DNA from: Marsupella aquatica
Lineage: Eukaryota > Plantae > Marchantiophyta
DNA: 64,000 nucleotides
Assembly: GCA_973895155.1 (NCBI GenBank)
Contig: OZ316895.1
Location: forward strand, 7,180,184-7,244,183
Direction: 5' to 3'
In this document: positions 11,344 to 25,705 of the stretch, piece after piece
Numbering within the stretch: position 1 is the stretch's first letter
Layout: the number at the start of each line of letters is the position of its first letter
Program-made: the position numbers and the translations under genes
Notes under the pieces: generated by a model
What the model saw: the letters and a program-made list of their open reading frames with translations, nothing else
Database searches by the model: none
Told to the model about the DNA's origin: nothing

Positions 11344-12876
11344 ATGTGTAGAAAAGGATTTACCTGTAATGAAAATTAAGTCATGTGGTCCTGATTTTGT
11401 TTTGTTTTCCGCATCTCTACTGCCCTCGGCTTTATAATGCTTGATGTCTTTCCCAATTGATGACTTCTCCACGCACCACCACTCGTCGCTGATTGTCTTC
11501 CTTTTCTATGTAGCATTATCGTGTGAATTGTTTTAATCTTTTTCAGTGTTAATTGTGTTTATGTGAAGATCTTCCCCAAGAAATGATATGGATCACGGTG
11601 ATCTTCCGAAGTGTAGGCACTGTCCGTTGCTATTGACTCCTCACACAGTGACGAGGATTGACTAACTACGAACTAAAGTAGAGACTTCGAAACTGGACCT
11701 TGACTGAAAAAATGTAGACGGGGAATATTATTCAGTCCTCATGCATTCGACGCTAGTCCCCAAACTCGTAAATTGACAAATGTTTTCTGGAAATTAGTTA
11801 TTGAGAAGAGGAGATCAGTAGAGAGGTTATCCTTTTGACTTGGAAAGCAACGATTAAGGATTGGAAGGATTCAGTCTTAAAAAGTTGGGCCTTTAAGACA
11901 ACCAACTCGAGCGTGGTCGTTTGGGCTAGCATGAACAGATGGCTTGGAAGCTGAATTTAGTGCTTGAGAGGCAAACCAGGGGACGAAGCTTTAGGATGGT
12001 TTGAACTGGTTTGACCACTCTCTCCACTTTCTGACCATATGGAAGAACGTTAGCACTTCTCCGTAAATGTTTATAACCCTTGAGAACCTTTGAATGGTAG
12101 TACTTGTAACTACATTTAAAACAGCAGCTTCAGTGTCTTTTGAATGGGTATCAAGAAGGTGTTCACCTCCCCTAACAAAGGATATTTTCACGTTATTCTG
12201 AGTTTACGAATTTCTTACAGAAGAGATAAGCACGAGCTTCAAGGCCCATGGTATTGGTACAAACAACGTGCCACCTCCCCTGCTCAAGGAAAATTTCAGA
12301 CATGGCACGTCATCCAGTTTGCGGGACTTTTGCTACGAAGTTTTAAGTGGACTAGGATACGATTCAGGATTTCTCCCGTTGAATTGCTTCGAAGGTCTTC
12401 ATCTACGCAGGAACTCAAAGAACCTCAGCTTCAGGGCTTGTATTAAACGGTGCATGGTCGAATTACAGGATCCGTGTAATCATGCCTACAAAGAAGACCA
12501 ACAACTTTTCAGAAACACAAGTTCCACGCATTTTACCAAATTTTCCAACCGAGAGCTTTCCAGGTTTCCATGATAACCAACAGCACCACAGATTTCCACG
12601 AGTAACAGTCAAAGGTTGAAAAGAAGCACATTTTTGTACAACCCCTTCATTTTCTGGACGGTTTTTGAAAATCAAGTTCAATCTGATGATGTAAAAATAC
12701 ATTTTGACCTCGGACCTCAGGATGTATCCAAAATGCATGTGTAATTAATTTTCCCCAAGATTGGTGTCCTGACAGCAAGCCTCATGTTATCATTGTGAAT
12801 ATCCCCACATATCTAACACCCCGAACACGTGCCAGATGGATTACAAAGTTAAGCTTTGTAGTCGCATCACTAACAC

Positions 12877-15800
12877 TCAGGGTAAGCCTCCAGCTGGAAG
12901 TATACTCCATTTATCAGACGGTTCAACTGCTGAACCTTGTTTTGTGATCAAGCTCAGCAGTTTCAAAGCTCCACAAGGGTTGTCGGTTGGCACCTGCACA
13001 AGTGTACAAGCCCGCTTATATCGTTTTCCAGTGATGTCCTACCTCATTAACCGTTTAAAGAAAGAAAGACAAAACAAGCGAATCCGTGGGCCTCTCGAGC
13101 ATGAACAACTTTCAAGCTCCACTGGAATGGAAGGGACTGAAAATTCGTTTACTTAAAGAGAATGAAGAACGGCGGCTGAGAATGCAAACTGGGTTCTTGG
13201 CTTACCATATGACCTGCATTTAAAATCCAATAGAAAGACAGATTCTCATATGCCTTGACGAAAGCCTGTGTCTGACTGTCTCCGCAGTATAGTGGAGTCC
13301 GCCTTGCAGCATTAAAGCTACCCAAGCCAGGCCATCTGCCAAGGCCCCGACAAATCAGCTCAAAGATCATTATTATGAAGGGAAGTCCAAAGATTTGTCT
13401 CCAAACAGCGTACTTACCTGAATATATCTCCGTCCAAGGTGACCATAACTTATTTCTCACAACGAAGGTACGACTTTATTAAATCTAACAAGAGAACAGG
13501 ACTGGTATATGCGATCGTAATTACTTTAGTTTTTGAACCCAAGCCTCTGTTCCAGTTGTGCAGCAAATCAAATCCAGCTGCAAATATAAAACGTAGCAAA
13601 AACGGTTCAGAGCCCTTACAGCTTGCATTCAAGAGAAAACTCTTTTCTCCTATTCTTTCGCATGCCACATGGCAAGCCGAACGCTTTTATAATAACACAC
13701 ACACACACAGCTCTGTTCACAGAGCCCAAGGGACATGAAACTTGCGAGACAAACAAGGTAGATGCTAGATACCCTCTAACGAAGTATTCAGATTTCTCAT
13801 TCTCAGTTCAACCAAAGATTACCCTGAGGCAATTTGGTACCTTGAGAGAAGCACCATTCATCAATCGTTTATAACCAAATCGACATGATATATCTTTTCA
13901 AGACTCACCTGACCACTGTAGATAGTTACATCTACACCCAATGAGAGCAGCTCGTCAACCTATTCGAGTCAACATAACAGAATGTCATCACCACTGCACT
14001 GCAACTGAATTCAACTCATTTAAAGCCAATTGACAATACATTTAGCATCTACACCATCAATCGGCAATGCTCATCAAACAGGCGATTGTCTTTCACGTGT
14101 AGTAGCACGCACAAGCCAACCCTAAAGAGACAATTTGAAGGTCCTTTCAACTCAATCTCAACTTGCACTGTTTACTCGACATTTATACCTTATCTATGGT
14201 GTCCAGCATGAAATCTTCTACCAATGCCTCAAATACTGCTCCTGATGACATACCCCAGCTGCAACAGAATTTGTTAATTGCATCCTTCACAAGCTTGTTG
14301 AACCACTGAACTCCACCGACCAGGCTCAACATTAGGAACGTGGGAAACAGGAAGTAAAGCAAAACGAAACTTACAGCAAACGGAGGACTTGAGCTAAAAT
14401 GAAATGTGAACGATTAATATTTAGCGTACCGGACAAAGGAAGGGATGATGCTAAGCTTTTCACGGATGGGCCCATTCATAATTACTTCGAGGGGATCAGG
14501 TTCGAATCTCTTCAAATGACGACCGCCAAGCCTCCTCTTCAGCCCAGCTGATGAAGATGACTCCGATTCATGCCTCAAGAAATTGTAGAAGTCCTACAAG
14601 AACACAGGAAATGTACGTAAGGTTCCATAAACGACACCCAGGAACAAATATTCAGAACTTACTAATACGAGATTCGTACAGGATATTCACACATGTAAGT
14701 GCACCCTCAGGAGCATGTCAAGGTAATCATTAGAATTACAGTCTGAAGACAAGCAAACGTTCATGAAATTATAATAATCCAAAAATCCATTACTGACCAC
14801 ATTATCTGTGAGCTTCAAAACAGCATCTTCCAGATCTCCCCAGATATAGGTTGAATTCGTGCCGTGACCTTTCGCAAGTTCATCCACAGCTAACTCTGCA
14901 ATGCTGAGAGTCAGGAATTCAGTCAATCGTACTGGTTAACTACACACCTCAGTCAGATGCTAGCGGAAAATGACATTGAACTAGCCTTCGTGTCAGACAA
15001 GCGCAACAAAAGGAAAGCAATAGAGTACATCGCGCATGCAGTATCGCCAACGACATGCTAGGTTCAGCAGCCACCTGTTGAGATAGTCATTTCCAGCTTC
15101 ATCAACTAAAGAAACGGACTTTAACAGAGGTCCCCAGGCCAACTGCAGTAGAACCATGTCCCACTTAATTCATTTCAGTTTCCATTCTCGACAGAGAAAT
15201 TGAGCATGCCTAAACTTACTGTCTATCATAGTAGACAGCAATTTACTGTGAGCGACTAGAAATTAGCCTTTGAATCGTTTTCTCACAAGCTAATGGTGAT
15301 TATGTTTGCAGTCTTGTCAAAAGGAATCTGCTTTGATACCCAAGGATATCGACTATCTCTCCATAAGACATGCCTTCTATTGGACATATAGCAGGGAATC
15401 CCCACATCCAATTTTACTTTGTAAACTAATTTTACTTTATGAGTTACAGCTACGCAAAAATTCATGAACACGCGTCATTACTAGCATTGCTGCTAGTGCA
15501 CAGTCGTGGGCAGATCGTACCACAAAGTCGATTGGTGATATCCACGTATCTCCAAGAGCAACCCCTGTAACCCAATGCCCAGAAAGCTCATCAGTTGTCG
15601 AGCAAAATGGAGAACGCACTTTCCGTGGGAAAAAATAATGAGGATCCTGGTATTGCCATCGAAGAGACACAACCTGCAAAAGATTGATTTCCGCTCTCAC
15701 AAAAGTAGTGTACATGGACCAGGATTCATATTAATGCCTTTACTCACAGGACCAGCAGACTTGACTCACCCTGAAAGTTGAAGTCCAAACCACCTTCAGC

Positions 15801-17895
15801 AATGGATTTAACTATTGCAACTCCCACCTCGCTTGCAAACTTGCCGCCATACGACTCGGCGACAATGTAGAATGGCGACTTTTTCAAAGCCTGGTGAGTA
15901 CTAAAGAACGCTTTGAAAAACTCGATCAAGTCATCGGATACTTGTTTGTTGGTCGTAGTGAGGAGATTGGGATTATCAACATAACTGAAACCTGGTCATC
16001 CAACACCTTTCCATTTATATGCATGTTAAACCAAACTATGCAGTAGCGTAGATGAGAGGGAAAAATGCCGAAATGATTGAAACAAATTCATCGCCCGCAA
16101 TCTACTTAAAAGAGTACCTGTGCCCACCGGATTATCCTGCATCCACCATACAAGCCCGAGAGACTTTCAATCTTAAGTGTAGCAACATAGCTAACGATAA
16201 ATGAAACTGATTCACAAAACTTGACACAAAAATGACAAACAATTATCTGGGCTCGTCGTGTTCATTCAACGGATTCCGAGATGAAAGGCCCTGCCGAATA
16301 TTTAGATCCAATTGACGTCAAAAATGCACAACCACTTGGTTCGAGGAGTTTACCACAAATAACAAATGTACAAGTTTGACCCATGTGCTCCCTCGCTCCG
16401 TGAGATTGGTATATAAAGGTCCTACTTCTTCAAAATTTCCGAACCCGACTCCTGACGCACCCTGTTCGAGGAGATATCGGGGAAAATGTGAGTACTTTGG
16501 CCCCTCAAACAACCCCGCAAGTATTTCACCGGAGATAGAAGCATGAACAGATGAGCAGCCTCTGGTGAAAAAGACGAGAGGCAATGGCAGCCCTTAAAAA
16601 AGTACAACTACTGGAAACGTGTAAGCTGGGTGAGAATCAAAACAAAGGAAAACAAAACAATATAGGTTTTGTGGTTCCTTGCTTTTCAGGAAGAAGGTGG
16701 ACTAGGCCAGAATGCAGATAGACTGTGCTTACAATATACAGGGGCTCATTAACCTAGATGTTTCAAAGAAAGTTTCCAAATTGGAGACACAATTGCCCAA
16801 TCTTCATTGCGCCTGAGGGTAGCAACGACAGACACTTTAATGTCATGTCAAACGGACAAGCTCACGGACAAACGTCTGATCCAACCTGCACTGAAATACA
16901 TGAAATCCAATATGCAACCCTTGGATGAGGGACTGAGTTATGCTGGGGCTGACGAGAGTAATTGTACCGGACCGCCTTGGATCCACAAGACTAGAGGAAC
17001 ATCAGCTGGAGATGACACGTCCTTGTAGTAGAGCCACCAAAATAGATGTGCACCTGCCAAACATTTAAAATAAAATTGGAGATCAGAAAGTAATTCCGGC
17101 ACCTCACAAAAGACAAGAGGGTAAGATTGCAATAACCCCACCGACAGTCCCATATGGGTCATGAAGTGATGCAATCCATCGTAAACAAATTGCTTTGTGA
17201 AAGTTAGAGAGAGTGGTGGGGCTCTCTGCAGAAAGGAGAGGCGAGACTGTCCCACACAATATAGTACGGCATGAAACAGAGCCCAAAGTTTCAATGCTTC
17301 CATATTCCCAAAGCCCCCTCCTAGTATCCGGAACAATATAAGGGGTTTCTTAAGTTCGTGATAGCCCTCTGAGACGCTGGGTGTATGTCAAATCCAACCT
17401 CTGTTTCCAAAGGCAAGATTTCATCATGACAGAACAGTGGAAGCGCCCAGCATGACCGCAGTGCATTCACGTTTCGAAATGCGAGAAATTGTGTTGTAGT
17501 ATTAACTCTGAGATAAAAGTAGACAAGGAGGATGAAATTGGTTGGACAAATCTAGACAGCATCAGCCAGCAAAACTCAGCTCACAGTCCGTACCAGAACC
17601 CTCGTTAGATTTCTCGTCAGCCCAATTAGCATCCTCCAGTCATGAATTCATCCAGACATCAAATAGCCTGAACCAATGGAACCCATCTCCGATAAATTGA
17701 GGCAGGCCCTGGTGTCAATTTCCACATCTATTTGAGAAAGAGAGGAACATTACCCTCACGGACATCAGTGTAGCCCCATTCCTCCGTTCCGTCATCCGTT
17801 CCATATGACACTTCACATCTTCCCCTGGAGACCTGCAGGACGATCACCAGCAGCGTCCCCAGCAGCAGCAGCTGAAGCAGATGTGCCATGCCCAT
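12877..17895 (-). CDS. Serine carboxypeptidase-like protein (peptidase S10, SCPL51-like), multi-exon
   Basis: Signal peptide, then GTDDGTEEWGY, AHLFWWLY, LWIQGGP|GASGVGFGNFEEVGP, DNPVGT|GFSY, AESYGGK (Ser), LDLICC (Asp), NAGHM|VPTDNP (His). Stop TGA at 12877. Confidence 0.93.
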
Positions 17896-18122
17896 TCCCG
17901 ACGAGGATTTTCACTCCCAATTCTGTTACGATTGGGCTGGGCTGTGATTACCCATCTCAATCTCTCCTTTTCTACTCCTCTCTCTCTGCTCTCTTCCGTA
18001 GAGAGTTGGGACTACCGACATGACATAATTATGTGGCAGTCACGTACTTCGTGCCGTATTGAAGCATCATAAAGTAATGCTGCTTTGTGAAAGAAAGGTG
18101 CTGACTTTTTGAGTGCAGTGCC

Positions 18123-18222
18123 CACAAATCCAGGTAAATGCAAAGAGTTCATTGATTCACTTCTACCAGTAACACAAATCCAGGGAAATGCAAAGAGTTC
18201 ATTGATTCACTTCTACCACTAA
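18123..18222. repeat. Tandem duplication of a ~50-bp unit upstream of the SCPL gene
   Basis: cacaaatccagg.aaatgcaaagagttcattgattcacttctacca.taa occurs twice, nearly identical. Confidence 0.85.
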
Positions 18223-18254
18223 CGTGTTCAGTATTTAAGACTGTAGACTGTTCT

Positions 18255-18528
18255 GTAGCTCCTTTGGATTGGCTCCTTTGGATTGTAGTGATTATATTAT
18301 TGACTGGAAACTGGAACAGCTAGTTCCCATCTAGAATCAAAAAGAGTTTGTGTGTTACTAGAAGGGTCTGAACCCCACTTTTGGGGGATTATGTGTGTAA
18401 GCTCTTTTTGAATCAAACTCAACTTATGACTCTAATAAGAGGAGTCTGAACCCCACTCACAGTAAGATTCGAACCCAACACCTAAGAGTTCCCACTCTTC
18501 TGAGTTAACCAGTAGCCCATGGACTGCC
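18255..18528 (-). mobile_element. Candidate tRNA-derived SINE or tRNA pseudogene
   Basis: Minus strand has an A-box-like TGGGCTACTGG (18509-18519) and a B-box GGTTCGAATC (18466-18475) about 33 nt apart, a small AAGAGT-GGGA-ACTCTT stem between them, and no acceptor stem. The body has internal duplications. The 3' boundary is uncertain. Confidence 0.4.
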
Positions 18529-19087
18529 GATGCACCGAAGCGCATTCTTTACGTATTTGTTTTTAGTCTGCAGGCAACTACCGGCTAACGGAGGAGGCGC
18601 AACGCGACACCGTTTAATGCGAAACTCGTGATTTATAGAAGGAAATGTTCATTATTGTACTTCTGCCTCAAGGAGTAGAGAGAGTACCAGGTACTGTTGA
18701 CCTTTCAGATTTTACGTCATCAAAGCGTCCTTTGCACACTTTCCATAAACAATTTTCTAAGTACTTTACCAAGATGTTTTAATTGATATACTACCATAAT
18801 TTTTACGTTTTTACAAATATGCCACAGTTTTTTAATGTGTTTACAAATATGCCATTTTTTTTTTTAGTATATGGACAACATGCTGCCCACCTTTCAGTAT
18901 GCAGACCCACCTTTTAGTATTTTGTCTTATTTAAATTATAATTTTTGCATATGTATTATATGTCTGGAAATCCTCTCCTTTCTTACCACCTCACTTGCTA
19001 CCTCTATCACCCTTGTTTGTAGCAATCAATGCCTCACACGCTTCATTTTAATTTGGAACACACTTTAAATATTACTTTTCAAGATTT

Positions 19088-19422
19088 AGTTAAGCATAGA
19101 CGACATTTGTAACAGCAAGCCCATGAACCATCCAACGTACAAGAGTCGACACAAAGAGATACGTGGTTCATCTCTACATGAGACTACGTCCACGGGAACA
19201 CACAAGAGCTTTACTGCACTCTAGGCCGACCGGCCATACCAAGCATCCACAGCACAAGCTCTCCCTATCTCTCAACTAGCTCCGTAACAATGAGCCTAAG
19301 TTCCACCCAGGGTCTGGCATCAGCCCTGGCTAAATACACAACAGCATTACCGCTAACATTAGCTAAGTCCTAACCCAACTGTGGTTAGCTCATGAGTCAC
19401 AAGACTAGAGCAATATCTAACA
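19088..19422 (-). repeat. 3' LTR of the copia element
   Basis: Homologous to 26029-26372 and adjacent to the PPT (TCAAGGGGGAGTT on minus). One terminal base is mutated (ag instead of tg on +). Confidence 0.93.
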
Positions 19423-19618
19423 AACTCCCCCTTGACTCTTGTTTTGGGGACTGGACTAATTGCAACCATATGGAATCCTCGGCGGGAAGTTCTAGACAAT
19501 CACGTAAACAGGTCTCCCCCTAAAAACCACAAGGGTTAACTAGAACTAAGCCGTAGCCAAACTGGAATGAGTAATCCATATACAAATAGTCACACATTGC
19601 TAAATAACTCTACTTGCA

Positions 19619-22600
19619 CTACAAATGCAAAACTTGCAAAGTAGCACGGTGTCTTGAGAAACTCTCTAAAGGAATCACTTTGGTAAAGGCATCAACAGGA
19701 TTGAGCTTTCCATCAATCTTGACTAGCTCAAAAGTTTTATCAGACATTGTTTGCCTGATAAAATGGTACCGGATATCAATGTGCTTCACCCTGCTATCCA
19801 TCACCTGGTTAGCAGCCAAGTGAAGAGCACTCTGATTATCATAGTTTAGAGTCATTTTGCCATGCTCTAAACCCATCTCCGTGATCAACTTATCCAACCA
19901 AATTGCTTCCTTTGCTGCTTCTGTTGCTACAACATATTCAGCTTCTGTAGTAGACTGAGATATACACTTCTGCAAGGTAGATTTCCAACTAATACATCCT
20001 CCTCCAAGAGTAAATACAAACCCAGTTGTAGACCTCCTTGTATCCAGACAGCCTCCATAGTCAAAATCTACATAGCCAACTAACATTCTATCTGATCTGT
20101 TATCAAATAGTAATTCATAGTCCTGTGTTCCCTTCATATATCTGAGAATCTATTTCACATCTTCTCAATGTACCTTCCCTGGATTTGACATGTATCTATT
20201 AACCTTGCCCATCGCTAGGGCCAAGTCAGGCCTAGTATAAGTCATCAAATACATTAGACTACCTATTGCCTTCTCATAAGGAATCTGAGTCATCAGACCT
20301 TTCTCCATAGCATCCGTAGGAGAGAAAGCCGATGATAACTTGAAGTGTGAAGCTAAAAGAATATTCATTGGCTTACAATTTTCCATGTTGAATCGTGCAA
20401 GTACTTTCCTCGCATACTCGCCTTGACTCAAGCACAACTGTCCAGTATCAAAGTTCTTAAAAATCTCCATCCCTAAGATCCTCTTAGCCTTACCAAGATC
20501 CTTCATCCTAAATTTAGAACTCAATTTTGCCTTGAGTTTGTCAACCTCAGATTGATCTTTAGTCACAATTAGCATGTCATCCACATAAATAACCAGAATG
20601 ATTAAACCAAACACATCATTCTTGACTGGTTTTGTATACACACAAGGATCATACACCATCCTTGTAAAACCTTGAGCAAGCATGAAATCATCAAACCGCT
20701 TGTTCCACTGTCTGGGAGATTGCTTCAATCCATACAAGGACTTGAGCAATCTGTAAACTAAGTTTCTTGGCCCTTCTTCATAAAGCCTACTGGCTGTCTC
20801 ATGAAGATCATCTCTTCCAAGTTGCCATAGAAAAAAGCAGTAACAACATCCATCTGATCCATCACCAGACCAAAAAACACAACAAGCTGACAAAAGATTC
20901 GAATAGTGGAATACTTAGTCATTGGTGAAAAGACCTCATTGTAATCCACTCCTTTCTCCTGAGTGAATCCCTTGGCAACAAGCCTTGCCTTGTAGATCTT
21001 ATCTCCACCCTCTGAAGGACTGTCCTTCAACTTGCAAATCCACTTGCTGTCCACCACTTGCTGACCTCTTGGAAGCTCCACCAGCTCCCATGTCTTGTTG
21101 TCACTCAAAGATTGCAACTCCCTCTGCATTGCTGCATTCCACTCATGCTTATGCTCTGAAGCACAAGCCTCACTATACGAAGAAGGCTCTCCTTCTTCCA
21201 AGATCAAAGCCATATCATCATCATCAGATGCAATGTCAATATCATCTAACTTAGATGAGTCAGCCCATTGACCATATCTTGTAGGAGCTCTAGTAGAACG
21301 ACTGGAGGTTCTTCTAGTAGATGACTTAGGTTGATCTGCTGTTGGCTGAATTTGAGGTACCCCAGCAACAATCTGCTCCTCTTGTTCCATCGTAAGAACC
21401 AGCTCCAAGCCCAAAGCTTCTCCATCTCTCCTGTCATGAACATCATCATGACTGATCTCCCGCTCAACCTGGTCTGGGATGAGAGATTTTCCCTTGTCAA
21501 TATGGGAGTCCAGAGAACTCTCCCCCTCCTTTGATGATCTGGATTCATTAAATGACACATCTCTACTAACAATTAGCTTACAGGTTATTGGATCTCATAA
21601 CCTATAACGCTTCACACCTTTCTAATAGCCAAGGAAAATGCACTTTTTTGACTTGGACTCCAGCTTGGATCGAAGCTGGGAAGGTGTAAGTACATAAGCA
21701 TCACATCCAAAAATCCTCAGATGTGAGTAATCTGCTGGACGCCCGTACCTCATTTTAAATGGCGTCTTGAATCCAATAGAACTGGATGGAGAAAAAGTTA
21801 CCAAATAAGCTGCAGTGTTGACAGCTTCAGCCCAAAACTCATGTGGTAAGCATGATTGACTCAACATACTCCTCGAGCGATCCAATAGTATTTGGTTGAG
21901 TCTCTCAAAAACACCATTTTACTGAGGAGTATAACTTGTTGTGAGATGGCGGGGGAACCAATTTGATTCTCGGGGGTCTCATTATATGGGGACCTCCCCA
22001 TCACTTGCAACGTTTTTAGGCCTCGGACCCCCTAAAATGTAAGAAAAAATTATTATTTTTTAACCCCTATAAAGTTTAAATATTCTTGGAATATTCCAAA
22101 AATTGGATTAAAAAGGCCCTAATGTTCTTATAAGTCTCAAAATTGAATTTAAAAGACCCTATTGTTCTTCTACAAAAATTCTTAAGTTTTCTCTTACAAC
22201 CAATAAAATGACCCTATCCTTCGTTGCACGTGATATGTCATTTTTGTGGAAGTGAAACCTCCGAGGTTTGATTCTCAACTTGGGCTTTCCACTCTTTAAA
22301 AGTGGCAAAAACATCAGACTTACTGTGTATAAAGTATATCCACCATACCTTGAGTAATCGTCTATGAACGTGACATAGTATAACCGTCCAAATTGTGAGG
22401 GAGTAGGGGCCGGACCCCACACATCACTATGTACATACTCAAGTACCTCCTTGCTGGTGTGAGTTCCAACTCCAAAGGGTTTCCTGTGTTGCTTCCCAAG
22501 CACACAGTGCTCACAAAATTCCAACTTACAAGATTGCAAATTAGAAAGTAATCCTTTTTCTGAAGAATAGCCAATCATTTTTCACTCATGTGGCCCAAAT

Positions 22601-23910
22601 GAAAGTACCACAACCGGGCCATCTCCTCATGAGATAAGGTTATATTGGCTTCATCACAGACTACACTGCCCTCCAACACATATAGATTAATATGTCTCTA
22701 TCCCTTCAATACAACTTTAGTACCAGTTGAAACCTAAAGGACACCATTAACAGAACTCCACTGATGGGCATTTGCTTCTAAAACTCCAAGTGAAATGAGA
22801 TTTTTCATCATGCTGGGAATATGTCTCACATTCCTCAACGTTCTCACAGCATCATCAAACATCTGAAATCTAACAGATCCAAGTCCAACAACTTGACATG
22901 GGATTCCATTTCCCATCAACACTGACCCGTTAGAAACCGTGTAAGAATTGAAAACATCTCTCCTAGAGCAAATGTGAAAAGTACATGCACTATCTAGAAT
23001 CCAGTCATCACTATCTGGATTTGACACTACGTTGAGAGCATAACCTTGGCATCACAATATATCATCATCATCGAGTAAATCTATCTCAGGTGCGCTCGAA
23101 GCCGCGTTAGCTGATGCAGTAGGGTCCTTTACTCAACAGTCTCTTTTCATGTGGCCAGGCTTGCCACATCTCCAACATGCAAAAGGCTTCCTCTCTTGCG
23201 ATTTCCCTCTGGATTTAGATCTCCCCCGTGATGTAGATCTAAACCTATTTTTCCCATTCGTGCGTTGCGCTGGTCTTCCCCGGTTTACATTCAACGCAGT
23301 GCTAGAAGAAGATGTTGTCTGTGCTTGACCCAGCTTCTTCTGAGCATCATCAGACAGTAATGAGCTCACCACGTCATTATACAAAATGGACTTCAGATCT
23401 CTATACAATAGTACCTGTTTCAGCCCTGATATGACGACGGTAAGGAGCTTAGCAGAAGCAAGGCCTTATCCTCATCTTCAACTCCATTCCCATGTTTGAC
23501 AGATCCACCGCTAGACTGTCAAACTCATCCATGTGATCCTGCAGCTTGCTCCCCTACTTGAGCCAGAGGCTCGTCAAGAGAGACTTCTTGTACAGCCGGT
23601 CTGACGCATCTTCCCGGTAGTACTTCTGTCTTAGAGCCTTGAACAATGATGTGCAATCTGCATAATCATCCAGCTGCTTGATGATGTGCGGCTTGATATA
23701 AAGCATCACTGCATTGACAGCAATCACCTGCTCTTGTCTCCATTGCTTCTCTGAGATCTCCTCCTCTCCATCATACTGCTCTCGCAAAGAGAGCAGATGT
23801 GATAAGCCCATGGCCCGAAGAACACCCTTCACTTGCTTCTCCCACATCAAGTAGTCAGTACGGTCATCGTACTTCTCCACCTCAAATTTCACTCCTCCAA
23901 ATCTAGCCAT
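19619..23910 (-). pseudogene. copia gag-pol polyprotein, disrupted by stops, frameshifts and an insertion
   Basis: gag MARFGGVKFEVEKYD; zinc knuckle CWRCGKPGHMKRDC; protease WILDSACTFH; integrase CEHC..VHSDVWGP..FIDDYSR; RT YKARLVAKGF, QMDV, YVDDML; RNaseH STTEAEY, KHIDIRYHF. Split over several broken ORFs. Confidence 0.95.
21952..22264. other. Foreign AT-rich ~310-bp insert replacing part of the integrase core
   Basis: Integrase reads ...KAQVENQT, then non-coding sequence, then resumes at RHLTTSYTPQ. The expected intervening R(S/T)DNGGEY segment is absent. Confidence 0.7.
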
Positions 23911-25705
23911 CTACCTCTTCTTCCCAACTACCGACAGCTCTGGTAGTAGAACAACTTCCTCCACTGCACGCCGCACCGGTGATCGTACCGGTGACACTTG
24001 TTCCTCTTCAAACAGGAGCAGCTCCTCCTCAAACTCTCCGTCTGATTGTCGTGATCCTCAAGCTTCACCGAAGCCAATTCTTCCAGTATCCTCTGAGTCA
24101 CTCATATGAAACAATCATGAAAAAATGTCTTTTTTTGAAACTTCTCATAAAACTCAAAACTCAACACCGCCGCGTAGCCCACAAAGCTAGGAGTCCAATA
24201 CTGAAAGCCGAAATCAAAATCAAAATTTAACGAAAAAGTTATTAAAATTTTGGTCAGGGTGGGTAAAACCTTGGGAAACTCCCCCGTTTTGACCACCTCA
24301 AAGAATAATCAAATTACCAAGTATAACCCGTCGTCAGAATAGCGATGTGATTGGTGCGCCGCATTGCCAACTTCAATGGCTACGACCTCGCCAAAAAAGA
24401 ACCAAAAAAGTTACCGTTCGATGAACAGAATCTTTATCGGACGGCCAAAAAACAACTCTCTATTTTTTGGGAATATTCCCGCACAGTCTGACAGGTCTCA
24501 TAGGGGGCTGTTCCCCCTGTCAGAGCGGTTAAAATGGAGGGCGACAAGTCCCGACATCAAGTAGAACAAAAAGAGGAGGAAATGGCTAAAAAAGGGGCCT
24601 TAAAGGGGGTGCAAAGTCCATAAATTCTAAAAATACAGGCATAAAAAAGGCGTCGTCGAGGGTCAAGGAGGGGGAAATACACTGTAGCTAGCGTCGCAAA
24701 GTGGCAACCGGTGACAAAAGGGCCGGGCACGGGAGTAAGGGCGTAAAGTGGCAGGCGCGAGAGGGAGTCACGGCCGGCTAGGGCAAGCGCGGGCGTAAAT
24801 ACAAGCCCCAGCTAAGGGAGGCGGTCGAAGGGGGGGCAACGACAGCGCGCGAGCGCGCAAGGAGCGCCGGCCAGCACTGCACCTATAATCATAGGGTGCA
24901 GGGGTGGGGTGACACGGCCGGCCGGGGGGTAAACGCGGCCCGATACCTCCAATACGAGTACGTATGCGAGGGCACGACCAAGTATACACACATTTTTGTG
25001 TGTATAAACACACAAAAAAAGCCCAAACCCCCCTAAAATGCCAAAATTGACCCCCTCAAGTTAAACGGAATTAACTCACATCAAGTGCCGCTGTTTGAAA
25101 TGAGAAAAGTGAACACCGCCGACGGGAAATATTGCCAAATTTCACCGGCACAGTCTGCAGCTCTAGCAAACTTCTGCCACGACGCCTTCACTCCGTGTCA
25201 AGTGCCAAACCTGGGCTCAAAATGACCGCCTTGCCGCAATCAAACCGTTGAGCTGTAGCACTTCGCGTTTCTTCCACCGAGTCGGATGTCATGAAGAGAA
25301 ACCCGATTCAGATGGGAACAAGCTCCATAGCTTGTGAAAAAAACTTGAACGCCTCCGTCACTCGTCACGTCTCACTCGGTAATAACTCGGCAGCAATCCA
25401 GCCACCAAAATGACCAGCTCGCTTCAACCTTCAACTTGAGCTATAATGTGCGACACCTCCCGCACCGCACAACTCACACCGTTCAAAAACGTGAACTTTG
25501 AACTCTGGTCTCTCCCCGAAAAGCCGTCAAACACAAATAAACCCTAAATGATGCAAACTTTGATTCCTCCGCACCACGGATACCGTTGAGCAAGTTCTAA
25601 CCACCATTAGAAAGCCCTCTCACTAACCAATCCGCTCAGCCACAAACATTCAAGTTTCATGCAACGAAACTCCGAATGTAACACCAACACTGAACACTAG
25701 AAAAC

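Noticed and set aside
11990-12740. Overlapping ~100-aa ORFs between the B3-RING and SCPL genes
   Set aside because: No recognisable domains; likely 3'UTR or intergenic sequence.
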